DNA from: Wolbachia endosymbiont of Drosophila innubila
GTDB lineage: Bacteria; Pseudomonadota; Alphaproteobacteria; Rickettsiales; Anaplasmataceae
Reading direction: 5' to 3'
DNA: 32,000 nucleotides
Assembly: GCF_021378375.1 (NCBI RefSeq)
Contig: NZ_CP076228.1
Span: forward strand, 540,001 to 572,000
Below are positions 1-8,758 of this stretch, one piece after another; positions within the stretch are counted from its first letter, which is position 1; each line of letters begins with the position of its first letter. The notes under the pieces are model-generated. The model saw only the letters and a list, made by a program, of their open reading frames with translations. It searched no databases and was not told the origin of the DNA. The position numbers were made by a program, and so were the translations under genes.

Positions 1-582
1 TCTCTATTAGTACATCTGGCAGCAGGAAGATCATTTCTTGGCATGAAGCCTACAAGACCACTAAAAATATTCTATCTACAAAACGAAATGGAATATGATT
101 ACATTAGAGAACGTATACAACAACTCAACAAACTTCCTCATTTAGCAACAGAAAACTTAGTTGTGACGAACAAGATGAATTTGACCTTAAATGAAGAAGG
201 TATAGAAAAAATAAAAAATATGGTAGAGGAAAAGTTTGATTTAGTTGTGATTGATTCTCCTTATAATTCCGTTAACTATGGTCTGCAGCATGCAATAGAA
301 AAACTGCGTTCCAAGATTAATCCTATGGCTGGAATAATCATCATAAATCACACCAAAAAAGTATCTACCTCTACATTGGAAAAGAATCCATTTCAAGCTC
401 TCGTTGGTGCTAACGCTTTAAGAAGTTTTTATACATCTGGAATAGTAATATTTCAACCCAATAAACGTACAAATATCTTACAAGTAGTATATGAACTTAG
501 AAACGGTAGATCTATACCAACAAAATTCATCAATAAGATTAATGGATGTTGGAAAACTGCTAACGTTATAGCTAGAACATAA
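1..582 (+). CDS. RepA/AAA_25-like RecA-fold ATPase; 5' end lies upstream of the window
   Basis: Frame 1 is open from nt 1 (SLLVHLAAGRSFLG precedes the listed Met at 43). Motifs parallel the ATPase half of the next ORF: KIFYLQNEMEYDYIRERIQQL vs VVIFSAEDDMSEIHRRLERL; Walker-B-like DLVVIDSPY vs KLIVFDPLA; IIIINHTKK vs IITAHHMRK. Confidence 0.6.
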   Translation, partial: SLLVHLAAGRSFLGMKPTRPLKIFYLQNEMEYDYIRERIQQLNKLPHLATENLVVTNKMNLTLNEEGIEKIKNMVEEKFDLVVIDSPYNSVNYGLQHAIEKLRSKINPMAGIIIINHTKKVSTSTLEKNPFQALVGANALRSFYTSGIVIFQPNKRTNILQVVYELRNGRSIPTKFINKINGCWKTANVIART

Positions 583-599
583 AAATTCTTCAGGTAGGT

Positions 600-2648
600 A
601 TGGATATTTATTGTTCACAAAGAAATGGACATTATAAATTATTAGGGAAGAAAGAACAATTAAGAACTCAACTCCTATCAAATATAAGGTCATGTCTTTC
701 TTATTTACTGCCAAGAGGAACTTTTCGTGGTGATAAGTTCTATGTAGGTGATCTACAAGGCAATAAAGGACAAAGTATGATAGTGGAGTTAACTGGCAGT
801 AAAGCCGGATTATGGCATGATTTTTCTACCGAAGAAGGAGGAGATATTTTTGATCTTTGGGCTGCTGTTACTGGAAAAAATCAATTTACTGATACGATAG
901 AAGATATTGCTAAGTGGATTGGTTATTCGGAAAAAAATAACACTCTGGGGCAACCAACGGCATCATGGAACTATTACGATGAAAGTGATCAAGTGATTGT
1001 TACAGTTTATCGTTATAACACTGATTCAGGAAAAAGATATCTTCCTTTTGATGTAAAAAGGTCTAGTTTTACTCTACCAGAGACCAGGCCTTTATATAAT
1101 ATTCCAGGTATCGTGAAATCTGATAAGGTGATTTTAGTTGAAGGTGAAAAGTGTGCAGATGCTCTGATAGAGCAAGGTATGACTGCCACAACTGCAATGT
1201 TAGGAGCAAATGCACCAATAGAAAAAACAGACTGGTCACCACTTAAGGGCAAGCATGTTATTATTTGGCCAGACAATGATGAACCAGGTAAACAATATGC
1301 TGAGAAAGTTGTGAAAAAGCTTACTTTTCTTAGTGTTTTATCACTTACTCTTCTTGAAATACCGGAGAATAAACCAAAGGGATGGGATTCAGCTGATGGT
1401 ATAGAAGAAAAGATGAATATTCCTGAATTCATTGAAAATAACTCGAAAAAAATCATCGTTAAGCAATTGCTTAATATTCAAGAATGGAGCGTAGAACGTT
1501 TTATAGGTCCAGTACCGGAGCAAAAGTTTCTTGTTGAAGGGTTATTTCCTTTAGGAGTGACATCTATTCTAGCTGCAATGGGAGATACTGGTAAAGGTAT
1601 GCTTCTGCTTGATTTAGCACTGAAAGTTGCGAGTAGAAAAGATCAGCCATGTGGTTTTGGTCCTTTAGTTACTGAACATGGATCTGTTGTAATATTCTCT
1701 GCAGAAGATGATATGAGTGAAATACATCGTCGTTTAGAGCGTCTTGACTCACAATGCGAGAGATTAAAATATAAGGATAGGCTCTTTATTGTACCATTAC
1801 CAAATGTTAGTGGATCACTTACAATCATAAAGAGTGTTTCAGGTAAAGTTATAGAGACTTCTCCTGAATTTGAATTGATAACAAAACAACTTAATAAAAT
1901 AAAAAACTTAAAATTAATCGTATTTGATCCACTTGCATCATTTGTGCACGCTGATTTAAATACTGACCCAGCCGTAGGCGATTATTTGATGTCTTTATTA
2001 TCTGATTTAGCAGGTAGCACTGGAGCATCAATAATTACTGCTCATCATATGAGAAAGCCAAAAAGTGAAAAACCTATATCGACTGTTGAGCAAGCACGTG
2101 ATGCCATTAGAGGTACATCTGCTCTTGTTAATGGTGTTAGGTGTTCATACGCTTTTTGGTCTGTGGAAGATGCAGCTAAACCGACAATTTTTAAATCAAT
2201 AGGAGAATCTGTAAGACAGAACGCATTATTTTATGGAGCAATTGTTAAAGCAAACGGTTTGGCTGATCGCACTTTACGCACTTATTTAAGAAATGAAGAA
2301 ACAGGATTGTTAGAGGACATAACTGAAAGATTAAGAATAAAAAATATGAACGAAAAAGATTCAAAGCAGCATCTTATAACTGCAATTACACGAGCAGCAA
2401 TTTCTGGACATCCATTTACCCATACAGGAAGTACAGGAGTGTATAAACAGCGGCATAGACTACCTGAGGAGTTTCACAGTATAGGAAGAGATAGAATGGA
2501 GCGTATAGTTCAAGAGCTGTTACAAACACGGAAGCTGGTTAAGGGAATGGCTACTGGTTCAAAAGAAGATAAATGGCTTGACATTCCTAGCGGACCATTT
2601 GCTCGCGGCGTTGGAAAGTTTAGCTGTAGAGCTGAGCTATTCTCCTAA
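600..2648 (+). CDS. Phage-type bifunctional DNA primase (Toprim) / RepA-like helicase-ATPase
   Basis: 682-codon ORF with AGGTAGG before the ATG. N-terminal primase-like segment (GSKAGLWHDFSTEEGGDIFDLW). Toprim signatures ILVEGEKCADAL and IIWPDNDEPGKQYA. C-terminal P-loop region AAMGDTGKGM, Walker B LIVFDPLASF, AHHMRK. Confidence 0.8.
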   Translation: MDIYCSQRNGHYKLLGKKEQLRTQLLSNIRSCLSYLLPRGTFRGDKFYVGDLQGNKGQSMIVELTGSKAGLWHDFSTEEGGDIFDLWAAVTGKNQFTDTIEDIAKWIGYSEKNNTLGQPTASWNYYDESDQVIVTVYRYNTDSGKRYLPFDVKRSSFTLPETRPLYNIPGIVKSDKVILVEGEKCADALIEQGMTATTAMLGANAPIEKTDWSPLKGKHVIIWPDNDEPGKQYAEKVVKKLTFLSVLSLTLLEIPENKPKGWDSADGIEEKMNIPEFIENNSKKIIVKQLLNIQEWSVERFIGPVPEQKFLVEGLFPLGVTSILAAMGDTGKGMLLLDLALKVASRKDQPCGFGPLVTEHGSVVIFSAEDDMSEIHRRLERLDSQCERLKYKDRLFIVPLPNVSGSLTIIKSVSGKVIETSPEFELITKQLNKIKNLKLIVFDPLASFVHADLNTDPAVGDYLMSLLSDLAGSTGASIITAHHMRKPKSEKPISTVEQARDAIRGTSALVNGVRCSYAFWSVEDAAKPTIFKSIGESVRQNALFYGAIVKANGLADRTLRTYLRNEETGLLEDITERLRIKNMNEKDSKQHLITAITRAAISGHPFTHTGSTGVYKQRHRLPEEFHSIGRDRMERIVQELLQTRKLVKGMATGSKEDKWLDIPSGPFARGVGKFSCRAELFS

Positions 2649-2730
2649 AAAATTTTTCTGATATAAAAAAATATTTTGATTTTTGCGGACGAATTTTGAA
2701 CTCACCGTACATATATAATATAGGGGGAAA

Positions 2731-3432
2731 ATGTCAATACTCACACAGTCAGGAAGAGCAGCAATAGCAGCCAGCATCAAAAAGCAATCTATCTATCTTG
2801 CTTGGGGAACAGGTGATTCAAGTTGGGAAAGTAGCCACAAAGTAGAAAAAACTTTCGTTAAGGGTGAAATAAAATTTGATCATCAACCTATTTTTGATCG
2901 TCAACCTATTAAAGATGTGAAGGTTTTTACAGGGCAAACAACTTATCAGCCAAGTATTGACTATACAGTTAATGGCAGTACTGGTGTAATAAAACTTACG
3001 GAAAATAGCTCTATTCCAGTAAGTGATAAAGTTACTGTAGAGTATAGTGAAAGCACACCACCAGAGCTGATAACTTCTGAAAAACTGCTCAATGAACTTG
3101 GCAGATGTACTGCAGACGAAGTGCTATTCTGCACAGGTGATGAAAACGGTGAACTTATAACTCCATCTGGAAGGTTTAGGCCCTCAAATGTACCAACTAA
3201 TAATCTCTATCTCAAATTTACTTTCGATTTCACGGATGCAGCAAATCAAGTAATCAGAGAGCTAGGGGTTATGGTTGGTACTAAAATAAAAGAAGAATTA
3301 CCTGAAGGACAGAGATATTTTGAACCTCAAGATATAGAAGAACATGGGATTTTATTGATTTTGGAACATACCGTACCACTTATCAGAACTGCTGCAACTC
3401 GGGAAACTTTTTCATTTGTTGTAACTTTTTGA
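2731..3432 (+). CDS. Phage virion protein, possible fibre/baseplate-attachment protein (family not firmly recognised)
   Basis: 233-codon ORF with GGGGG SD-like run before the ATG. First gene of a tightly packed same-strand block upstream of the tail sheath. N-terminal LTQSGRAAIAASIKKQSIYLAWGTGD and C-terminal VIRELGV...TRETFSFVVTF recall, from memory, the N-terminal domain of P2/R-pyocin-type tail fibres. Confidence 0.45.
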   Translation: MSILTQSGRAAIAASIKKQSIYLAWGTGDSSWESSHKVEKTFVKGEIKFDHQPIFDRQPIKDVKVFTGQTTYQPSIDYTVNGSTGVIKLTENSSIPVSDKVTVEYSESTPPELITSEKLLNELGRCTADEVLFCTGDENGELITPSGRFRPSNVPTNNLYLKFTFDFTDAANQVIRELGVMVGTKIKEELPEGQRYFEPQDIEEHGILLILEHTVPLIRTAATRETFSFVVTF

Positions 3433-3448
3433 ATTTTTCTAGCATTAA

Positions 3449-5377
3449 ATGACTTTAAACGCCTATTATAACCGCTTTAATCCTGACAAAGAATACGAAA
3501 AAAGCTTGTTTCTAGCAGGAAGAGGTCTACAGTCTGCAGAACTAAACGAGACTCAGGAGTATGCTCTCTCTAAGATTAAAGGCATAGGCGATGCAATATT
3601 TCGTGATGGTGATGTTATAACAGGAAGCAATTGTATTATAGATAGAGAAACTGGTAAAGTTACACTTGAGGGAGGAAAAATCTATCTGCGCGGTGCAGTT
3701 AGAAAGGTTGAAAAAGAAGAATTTGTTATTCCACTGAGTACCACAGTTCGCATAGGTGTTTATTATGTAGAATCTACGATTACAGAACTTGAGGATGAAA
3801 ACCTTCGTGATCCTGCTATTGGTACAAGAAATTATCAGGAAGTAGGAGCTGCAAGGCTTAAAGTTTCCACCATTTGGGGTTATCAAGCAGAAGGTCTTTC
3901 TCCACGTTTTTCTGAAGGAGAGTTTTATCCAATCTATAACATTGAAAATGGAGTATTAATAGAACATTCACCACCTCCACAAGCAAACATAGTAACTACT
4001 GCTCTTGCTCGTTATGACAAAGAAGCAAATGGTTCCTACGTCGTAAATGGTCTTGAAGTAATGTTCCTGCAAAAGGAAGAGGGAGAAGGAGGAAAAAAAA
4101 TATTTGTGATTAATGAGGGCAAAGCTCATGTTGATGGCTATGAGATTGAACTTCCTCACAGTATTCGTGTTTCTTTTGATGAAGATCCGGATATAAAATC
4201 AGTTGAATCAGAACCACATACTTTTCAGCCAAATAGCCAAAGAGTAATGGAACTGAAGGTTAATGATTTTCCAATAAGTGAAATTAAAAAAGTAGATATA
4301 ACTGTTCAGAAAACCATTACTGTTACTCATGGTTCATACTCTGGAGCTATTGATCCGATACCTGACTCTGCAGTACTTGAGATTATTCAAGTTAAACAAG
4401 GCAATGTTATTTATGAAAATAGTATAGATTACAAATTAAACGCAGGAAACGTTGATTGGTCATTACCAGGTAAAGAACCAGCTCCTGGAAGTAGTTATCA
4501 AATAACCTACCGCTGTCGTACTCATGTAAGCCCTGAAGATATAAGTGAACAGGGATGCAAAGTAAAAGGAGCAGTTGATAACAGCTTGGTTCTGATTGAT
4601 TACACCTGGAAAATGCCCCGCTATGATTTAATTACTATCGATAGCAAAGGAGTGGTAAGAAGAATAAAAGGAATTTCTCACCCTTGGCGACCATCAATGC
4701 CTAGAGCGCCTAGTGGACAACTTTTGCTCTGCTACATTCATCAGACGTGGAAAAAAGGCGAAGGGGTAAAAATAGTGAATAATGCTATTCATGCTGTACC
4801 GATGAATGAGCTTGAAGCAATGAAAAAAGGAATAAATGATCTTTATGCGCTGGTTGCAGAGGAACGTCTACGCAATGATGCAAATTCAAGAGAACCTACC
4901 ACCAAAAAAGGAGTATTTGTTGATTCATTCTTTGATGATGATATGCGCGATCAAGGAATTTTGCAGTCTGCAGCAATAGTAAATAAGGAACTAATTTTAC
5001 CAATAGATGTAACGATTGCTGATATTGATGGAGGAGAAAAAACTTATTTGTTGCCATATGAACTTGAACCGGTACTGGAGCAGCTTTTACAGACCAAAGG
5101 AGAAAAGATCAATCCATATCAAGCTTTTGACCCAGTCCCGGCAAAAGTTACCATGAACAAAAATATAGATCACTGGACGGAGGTTACTACGAATTGGAAA
5201 AGTCCAGTAACCAGAGTGTTTAATGTTAAAGAAACAACAGAGCTGCTGTCAAGTACCTCATACGAAACTGAATTTATGCGAGAAGCAACTCAAAATTTTG
5301 AGATTGAAGGTTTTGCAACTGGTGAAAAGCTTAAGGAAGTAAAATTTGATGGCCTAAGCATTCAACCCATACCATAG
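3449..5377 (+). CDS. Large phage structural protein, function unknown; may be the N-terminal part of a 1038-codon gene
   Basis: 642-codon ORF, 16 nt after the previous stop. It ends at TAG 5375-5377, and the next ORF (5387) is in the same frame only 3 codons later. No enzymatic motifs seen. Position suggests a structural role. Confidence 0.5.
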   Translation: MTLNAYYNRFNPDKEYEKSLFLAGRGLQSAELNETQEYALSKIKGIGDAIFRDGDVITGSNCIIDRETGKVTLEGGKIYLRGAVRKVEKEEFVIPLSTTVRIGVYYVESTITELEDENLRDPAIGTRNYQEVGAARLKVSTIWGYQAEGLSPRFSEGEFYPIYNIENGVLIEHSPPPQANIVTTALARYDKEANGSYVVNGLEVMFLQKEEGEGGKKIFVINEGKAHVDGYEIELPHSIRVSFDEDPDIKSVESEPHTFQPNSQRVMELKVNDFPISEIKKVDITVQKTITVTHGSYSGAIDPIPDSAVLEIIQVKQGNVIYENSIDYKLNAGNVDWSLPGKEPAPGSSYQITYRCRTHVSPEDISEQGCKVKGAVDNSLVLIDYTWKMPRYDLITIDSKGVVRRIKGISHPWRPSMPRAPSGQLLLCYIHQTWKKGEGVKIVNNAIHAVPMNELEAMKKGINDLYALVAEERLRNDANSREPTTKKGVFVDSFFDDDMRDQGILQSAAIVNKELILPIDVTIADIDGGEKTYLLPYELEPVLEQLLQTKGEKINPYQAFDPVPAKVTMNKNIDHWTEVTTNWKSPVTRVFNVKETTELLSSTSYETEFMREATQNFEIEGFATGEKLKEVKFDGLSIQPIP

Positions 5378-5386
5378 AGGAAAAAA

Positions 5387-6565
5387 GTGGAAAATCAAGG
5401 ACGAATAAGTGGAAAGATAAAAATCCCAGCAAACATTCCAGCAGGTACTAAATTAGTACAGTTTTATGGGGATAAAGGAAGCTATGGAGAGGCAACTTAT
5501 ACTGGTAAAAAAACTATTACCATAGAAGAAAGAAGAAGAGTGATCGCAGCAAGACGAGTTGATCCTTTAGCCCAAACATTTACGCTAAATGAGAGCAGAC
5601 ACATAGGAGGCGTGGAGCTATGGTTTGTAAATAAAGGCAAAAAACGTGTTGTTGTTCAGATTAGAGAAACAGCAGTGGGAATGCCCTCGCAGACTGTCAT
5701 TGCTGAAAGCTATATTGAGCCAAAAGATATAAAGATAGATGGCACAGCAACACGTATAACTTGGTCTCCTGTCTGGTGTGAATCTAGCAGAGAATATGCA
5801 ATAGTTTTGCTAACCGATGATGCAGATACAGCAGTAAAAATAGCAGAGCTTGGCAAATATGATGTAGTAAATAGCCGCTGGGTAACGAGTCAGCCATATC
5901 AAGTAGGAGTATTACTATCATCAAGTAATGCAAGCACCTGGACTCCGCATCAAAATTTAGATTTAACGTTTCGACTACTAGCTGCAAAATTTAGTGAAAA
6001 TTCTCATGTTATTGATCTTGGTAAAGTCACTGCAAACAACGTATCAGATTTAATAGTTTTAACAAATGTTGAAAAAGTAGCATTTGATACCAATGTAGAA
6101 TTTATCTTAACAGATGAAGAAGGGAAAGAAAACTTTTTGTCTGATAATTTGCCGCTCGCGCTGCGTGAAAGACTATCTGGAGAGTTAACAGTAAAGGCAA
6201 ATTTAAAAGGTGCAAAAGAAAAAAGTCCTGTTCTCTATCCTGGGTTACAGCTAGTTCTAGGTAATCTTTCAGAGTCCGGAGATTATGTTACAAGGAGCAT
6301 TACAGCAGGTGCTAACACTAAGATAACAATTACCTATGATGCGCTAATACCTGGCACTGCAGATGTTAAAGCATATGTGGAACAAAGCGTCAAAGGATGG
6401 CAATTAGTAAATTTAACATCAGGAAAACCTATTGGGGAAAATTGGGTGGAGAGAACTCATGTACTAACAAACTTTAATAGCAATGAAACAAGGGTAAAAT
6501 TGGTTTTAAGTGGAACGGTTATTTATCGGCCAAAGGTAAAAAACTTGCGGGTTGTTATAACGTAA
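5387..6565 (+). CDS. Phage structural protein, function unknown (contains DPLAQTF motif)
   Basis: 392-codon ORF with GTG start and GAGG 8 nt upstream. Same frame as 3449-5377. No catalytic motifs recognised. Confidence 0.5.
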   Translation: MENQGRISGKIKIPANIPAGTKLVQFYGDKGSYGEATYTGKKTITIEERRRVIAARRVDPLAQTFTLNESRHIGGVELWFVNKGKKRVVVQIRETAVGMPSQTVIAESYIEPKDIKIDGTATRITWSPVWCESSREYAIVLLTDDADTAVKIAELGKYDVVNSRWVTSQPYQVGVLLSSSNASTWTPHQNLDLTFRLLAAKFSENSHVIDLGKVTANNVSDLIVLTNVEKVAFDTNVEFILTDEEGKENFLSDNLPLALRERLSGELTVKANLKGAKEKSPVLYPGLQLVLGNLSESGDYVTRSITAGANTKITITYDALIPGTADVKAYVEQSVKGWQLVNLTSGKPIGENWVERTHVLTNFNSNETRVKLVLSGTVIYRPKVKNLRVVIT

Positions 6566-6569
6566 GAAA

Positions 6570-6764
6570 ATGCCAAATGATGAAACGAGGCGCGGATATC
6601 CTTTGCCACACCCAGAGAATATTGCAGTGGAAGATGTAGTACGTATTCGCAGAGCTATAGAAAAAGTAGATGAGGATATGAGTAATAGAGAAAATAAACA
6701 TAATCAACTTAAAAGTAATTTTGAACGATTTAGATTTGAAACTTTTTTGAATTTTTGGGAATGA
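6570..6764 (+). CDS. Tail-fibre-type N-terminal segment (64 codons), probably part of the following gene
   Basis: GYPLPHPENIAVEDVVRIRRAIEKVD resembles the short N-terminal motif seen at the start of many phage fibre or minor-tail proteins (memory-based). Its TGA (6762-6764) overlaps ATG 6761. The -1 frame is open from 6740 into the next ORF. Confidence 0.45.
   Translation: MPNDETRRGYPLPHPENIAVEDVVRIRRAIEKVDEDMSNRENKHNQLKSNFERFRFETFLNFWE
6743..6749 (+). promoter_or_regulatory. T TTT TTG heptamer: candidate -1 slippery site, or a T6 indel site
   Basis: Zero-frame codons are ACT TTT TTG. After a -1 slip the reading is TTT TTT GAA TTT TTG GGA ATG AAA, with no stop, and continues into the 478-codon ORF. 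Confidence 0.3.
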
Positions 6765-8191
6765 AAGAAGCAATAGAAGCGTTACATCAAAGGATAAAGG
6801 ATTTAGCAGTAAGTAGCACACCTGATCAACTGGCATATCTTGCAAAATCGCTGGAATTGATAGCAGATAAAAAAGCTATTTCTGATATTGCGCAAATGAC
6901 TAAAGTAAAAGAAATAATTGATGCACTACAAAAGAGGCTTAAGGATTTAGCAGAAAACAGTACACCAGATCAATTAGCATATCTTGCTAAAGCATTGGAA
7001 TCAATAATCGACAAAAGTGCAGTTTCTGAAATTGTACAGATGACAGATGGTAAGCTAAAAGAACTTCTTGATAGTGCAAAAAAACACTTAACTGATCTGG
7101 ATAATAAAAAAGCTAGTTCTTTAGCAGTGATCTCTGAATCAGAGAAGCAGTTATTAAAGAGAATTGATGAAAAAGGAACAACAAATTTATCGCTACTTGA
7201 TACGAGAAAGAATGCCAATATTGCAGCAATAAGTAGCATTAGTAACAGTCATAAAGATGGTCTTAAAGGTTTAGTGAATAACTTCCGTACTGTTAATGAT
7301 GTGCCAAGTGGCTCATCAATTATTAGGGAAATAGAAACTCGAATTGAAAACATCCTGAATGAGGTAAAAACTCGGGATGAACAGTTAAAAGCGTCTCTTA
7401 TAAATGAAATAAGAAAGCGCAACATGGTTGAACCAGGGTCATTACCTTTCTTATTTGGTGTACTTGGCAGAAAAAATAATTATTTTGGCCACGGAACTTT
7501 TACGACAGAGCTTGGAAAGTGGAGTAGTGATATAACAAAAACTGACTATATGTTACAACTACTAGCAGGTAGCCATACGTACAATACAGATTACGTTAGT
7601 TTTTATCGGCCAAGACAACTAAGTTTTATAGAGGGAAGTAAAGGAACATTTATTTACGGAGAGTTATGCACAAAAAGTTTTTCGGGTAGTTATGATGAGA
7701 TATACTATTACCCGTATGCTGCACTTGGAGTAGTATTTGTAAAAAATACAACCAATGTGAACATAAATAAGACAATGGAATTTGTTGGATCATCGTATTC
7801 GAGTACGGAGTATGGGGGAGCAGGATTATTTGTGGGAACTCCTGATAACACTAATTCTAATAAATCAAGTATTTCAAAAATAGTATGGAAAAATGTTTAC
7901 CAATACACGAGTTCTGGTAGCAAGTTAGCCGGATCTGGTAATGTGGAGATTCCAGCAGGAAAAACAGTTGCAATATTACTTTACACATCATCTTATCTGT
8001 ATTCCAGAACACAAGTTAGTCAAGGTATGCTTGCATCAAATTATGTACACAACTATGGTCAATTTATTCAGTGGGGAATTTATAACATACGTAGCAATTT
8101 TCTCACCACAGAGCTTGAGGTAGATGTGGAAAGGACGCTCAGGGGTTGGCAATGTCCAGGATTATCTAACACGTATGAGATTTGGAGGTAA
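6761..8191 (+). CDS. Tail-fibre-like protein: repeated coiled-coil N-terminal region plus a C-terminal globular domain
   Basis: The ORF track starts at TTG 6755. ATG 6761 forms an ATGA overlap with the upstream stop. The N-terminus carries two 48-aa tandem repeats plus a partial third, followed by a long Lys/Glu/Leu-rich helical stretch. The C-terminal ~250 aa is rich in Y/G/S/T/N. It sits just upstream of a chaperone-sized ORF and the sheath, the position of P2 gene H. Confidence 0.55.
   Translation: MKEAIEALHQRIKDLAVSSTPDQLAYLAKSLELIADKKAISDIAQMTKVKEIIDALQKRLKDLAENSTPDQLAYLAKALESIIDKSAVSEIVQMTDGKLKELLDSAKKHLTDLDNKKASSLAVISESEKQLLKRIDEKGTTNLSLLDTRKNANIAAISSISNSHKDGLKGLVNNFRTVNDVPSGSSIIREIETRIENILNEVKTRDEQLKASLINEIRKRNMVEPGSLPFLFGVLGRKNNYFGHGTFTTELGKWSSDITKTDYMLQLLAGSHTYNTDYVSFYRPRQLSFIEGSKGTFIYGELCTKSFSGSYDEIYYYPYAALGVVFVKNTTNVNINKTMEFVGSSYSSTEYGGAGLFVGTPDNTNSNKSSISKIVWKNVYQYTSSGSKLAGSGNVEIPAGKTVAILLYTSSYLYSRTQVSQGMLASNYVHNYGQFIQWGIYNIRSNFLTTELEVDVERTLRGWQCPGLSNTYEIWR
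6767..7054 (+). repeat. Two tandem 144-nt (48-codon) in-frame repeats, with a partial third copy to about 7110
   Basis: EAIEALHQRIKDLAVSSTPDQLAYLAKSLELIADKKAISDIAQMTKVK vs EIIDALQKRLKDLAENSTPDQLAYLAKALESIIDKSAVSEIVQMTDGK. I count 32 of 48 identical positions by hand alignment. The next segment, LKELLDSAKKHLTDLDNKK, restarts the pattern. Confidence 0.85.
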
Positions 8192-8197
8192 CAAACA

Positions 8198-8758
8198 ATG
8201 TCTATCTACATTAGATTTGAAAATGATAAACAAGTAGAAACAACAACACTTGAAAGCAAGCCAACTGAAAATGATTGGTATGAAGCACCAGAAGATTTTG
8301 ATTGGCAAAAAAGCTATTGTTTAACAGAAGGAGGAAAAATTGCTCAGCGTACTAAAGAAGATATACAAAAGGAGTTACTGGATAATGCGAAGCTTTGTGC
8401 ATTTGATAGTATGCGTTTCTATTATGATAATCATACTCACCAATATGCAGGTCATTCTCACCAAAAAGCTAAATCTTATGAGATTCAAGCGGAAGCCGCA
8501 AAAAGCATTCTAGCAGCACCAGAATCTATAGATGAAAAGGATAAAGAAATTATAGAACCTTTAGCAAAAGTCCGTGGTATTACGGTTATTGAAATGGCAA
8601 GAATAATTGAGGAAAAAGTGAAAAAAGCAGTAAAAGCAATAATTAAATGTGAAGAGCTTGAAGATTTAGCCAAAAGAAAGATTGAAGAAGCCAAAAGTGA
8701 AAATGAGCTACAGACTTTGCTAGATGATTTCAGGAAAAAAATACAAAGAAATGGCTGA
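8198..8758 (+). CDS. Hypothetical phage protein; possible fibre-assembly chaperone, by position only
   Basis: 186-codon ORF with GGAGG SD. Lies between the fibre-like gene and the sheath (the position of P2 gene G). Its stop overlaps the sheath start. The C-terminal half is a Lys/Glu-rich helix. Confidence 0.35.
   Translation: MSIYIRFENDKQVETTTLESKPTENDWYEAPEDFDWQKSYCLTEGGKIAQRTKEDIQKELLDNAKLCAFDSMRFYYDNHTHQYAGHSHQKAKSYEIQAEAAKSILAAPESIDEKDKEIIEPLAKVRGITVIEMARIIEEKVKKAVKAIIKCEELEDLAKRKIEEAKSENELQTLLDDFRKKIQRNG

Noticed and set aside
2690-2730. Promoter-like TTGAAC ... TATAAT/TAATAT upstream of the structural block.
   Set aside because: The -10 candidates give spacers of about 12-14 nt or poor hexamers at 17 nt, and the element would abut the SD. 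The stretch is just AT-rich.
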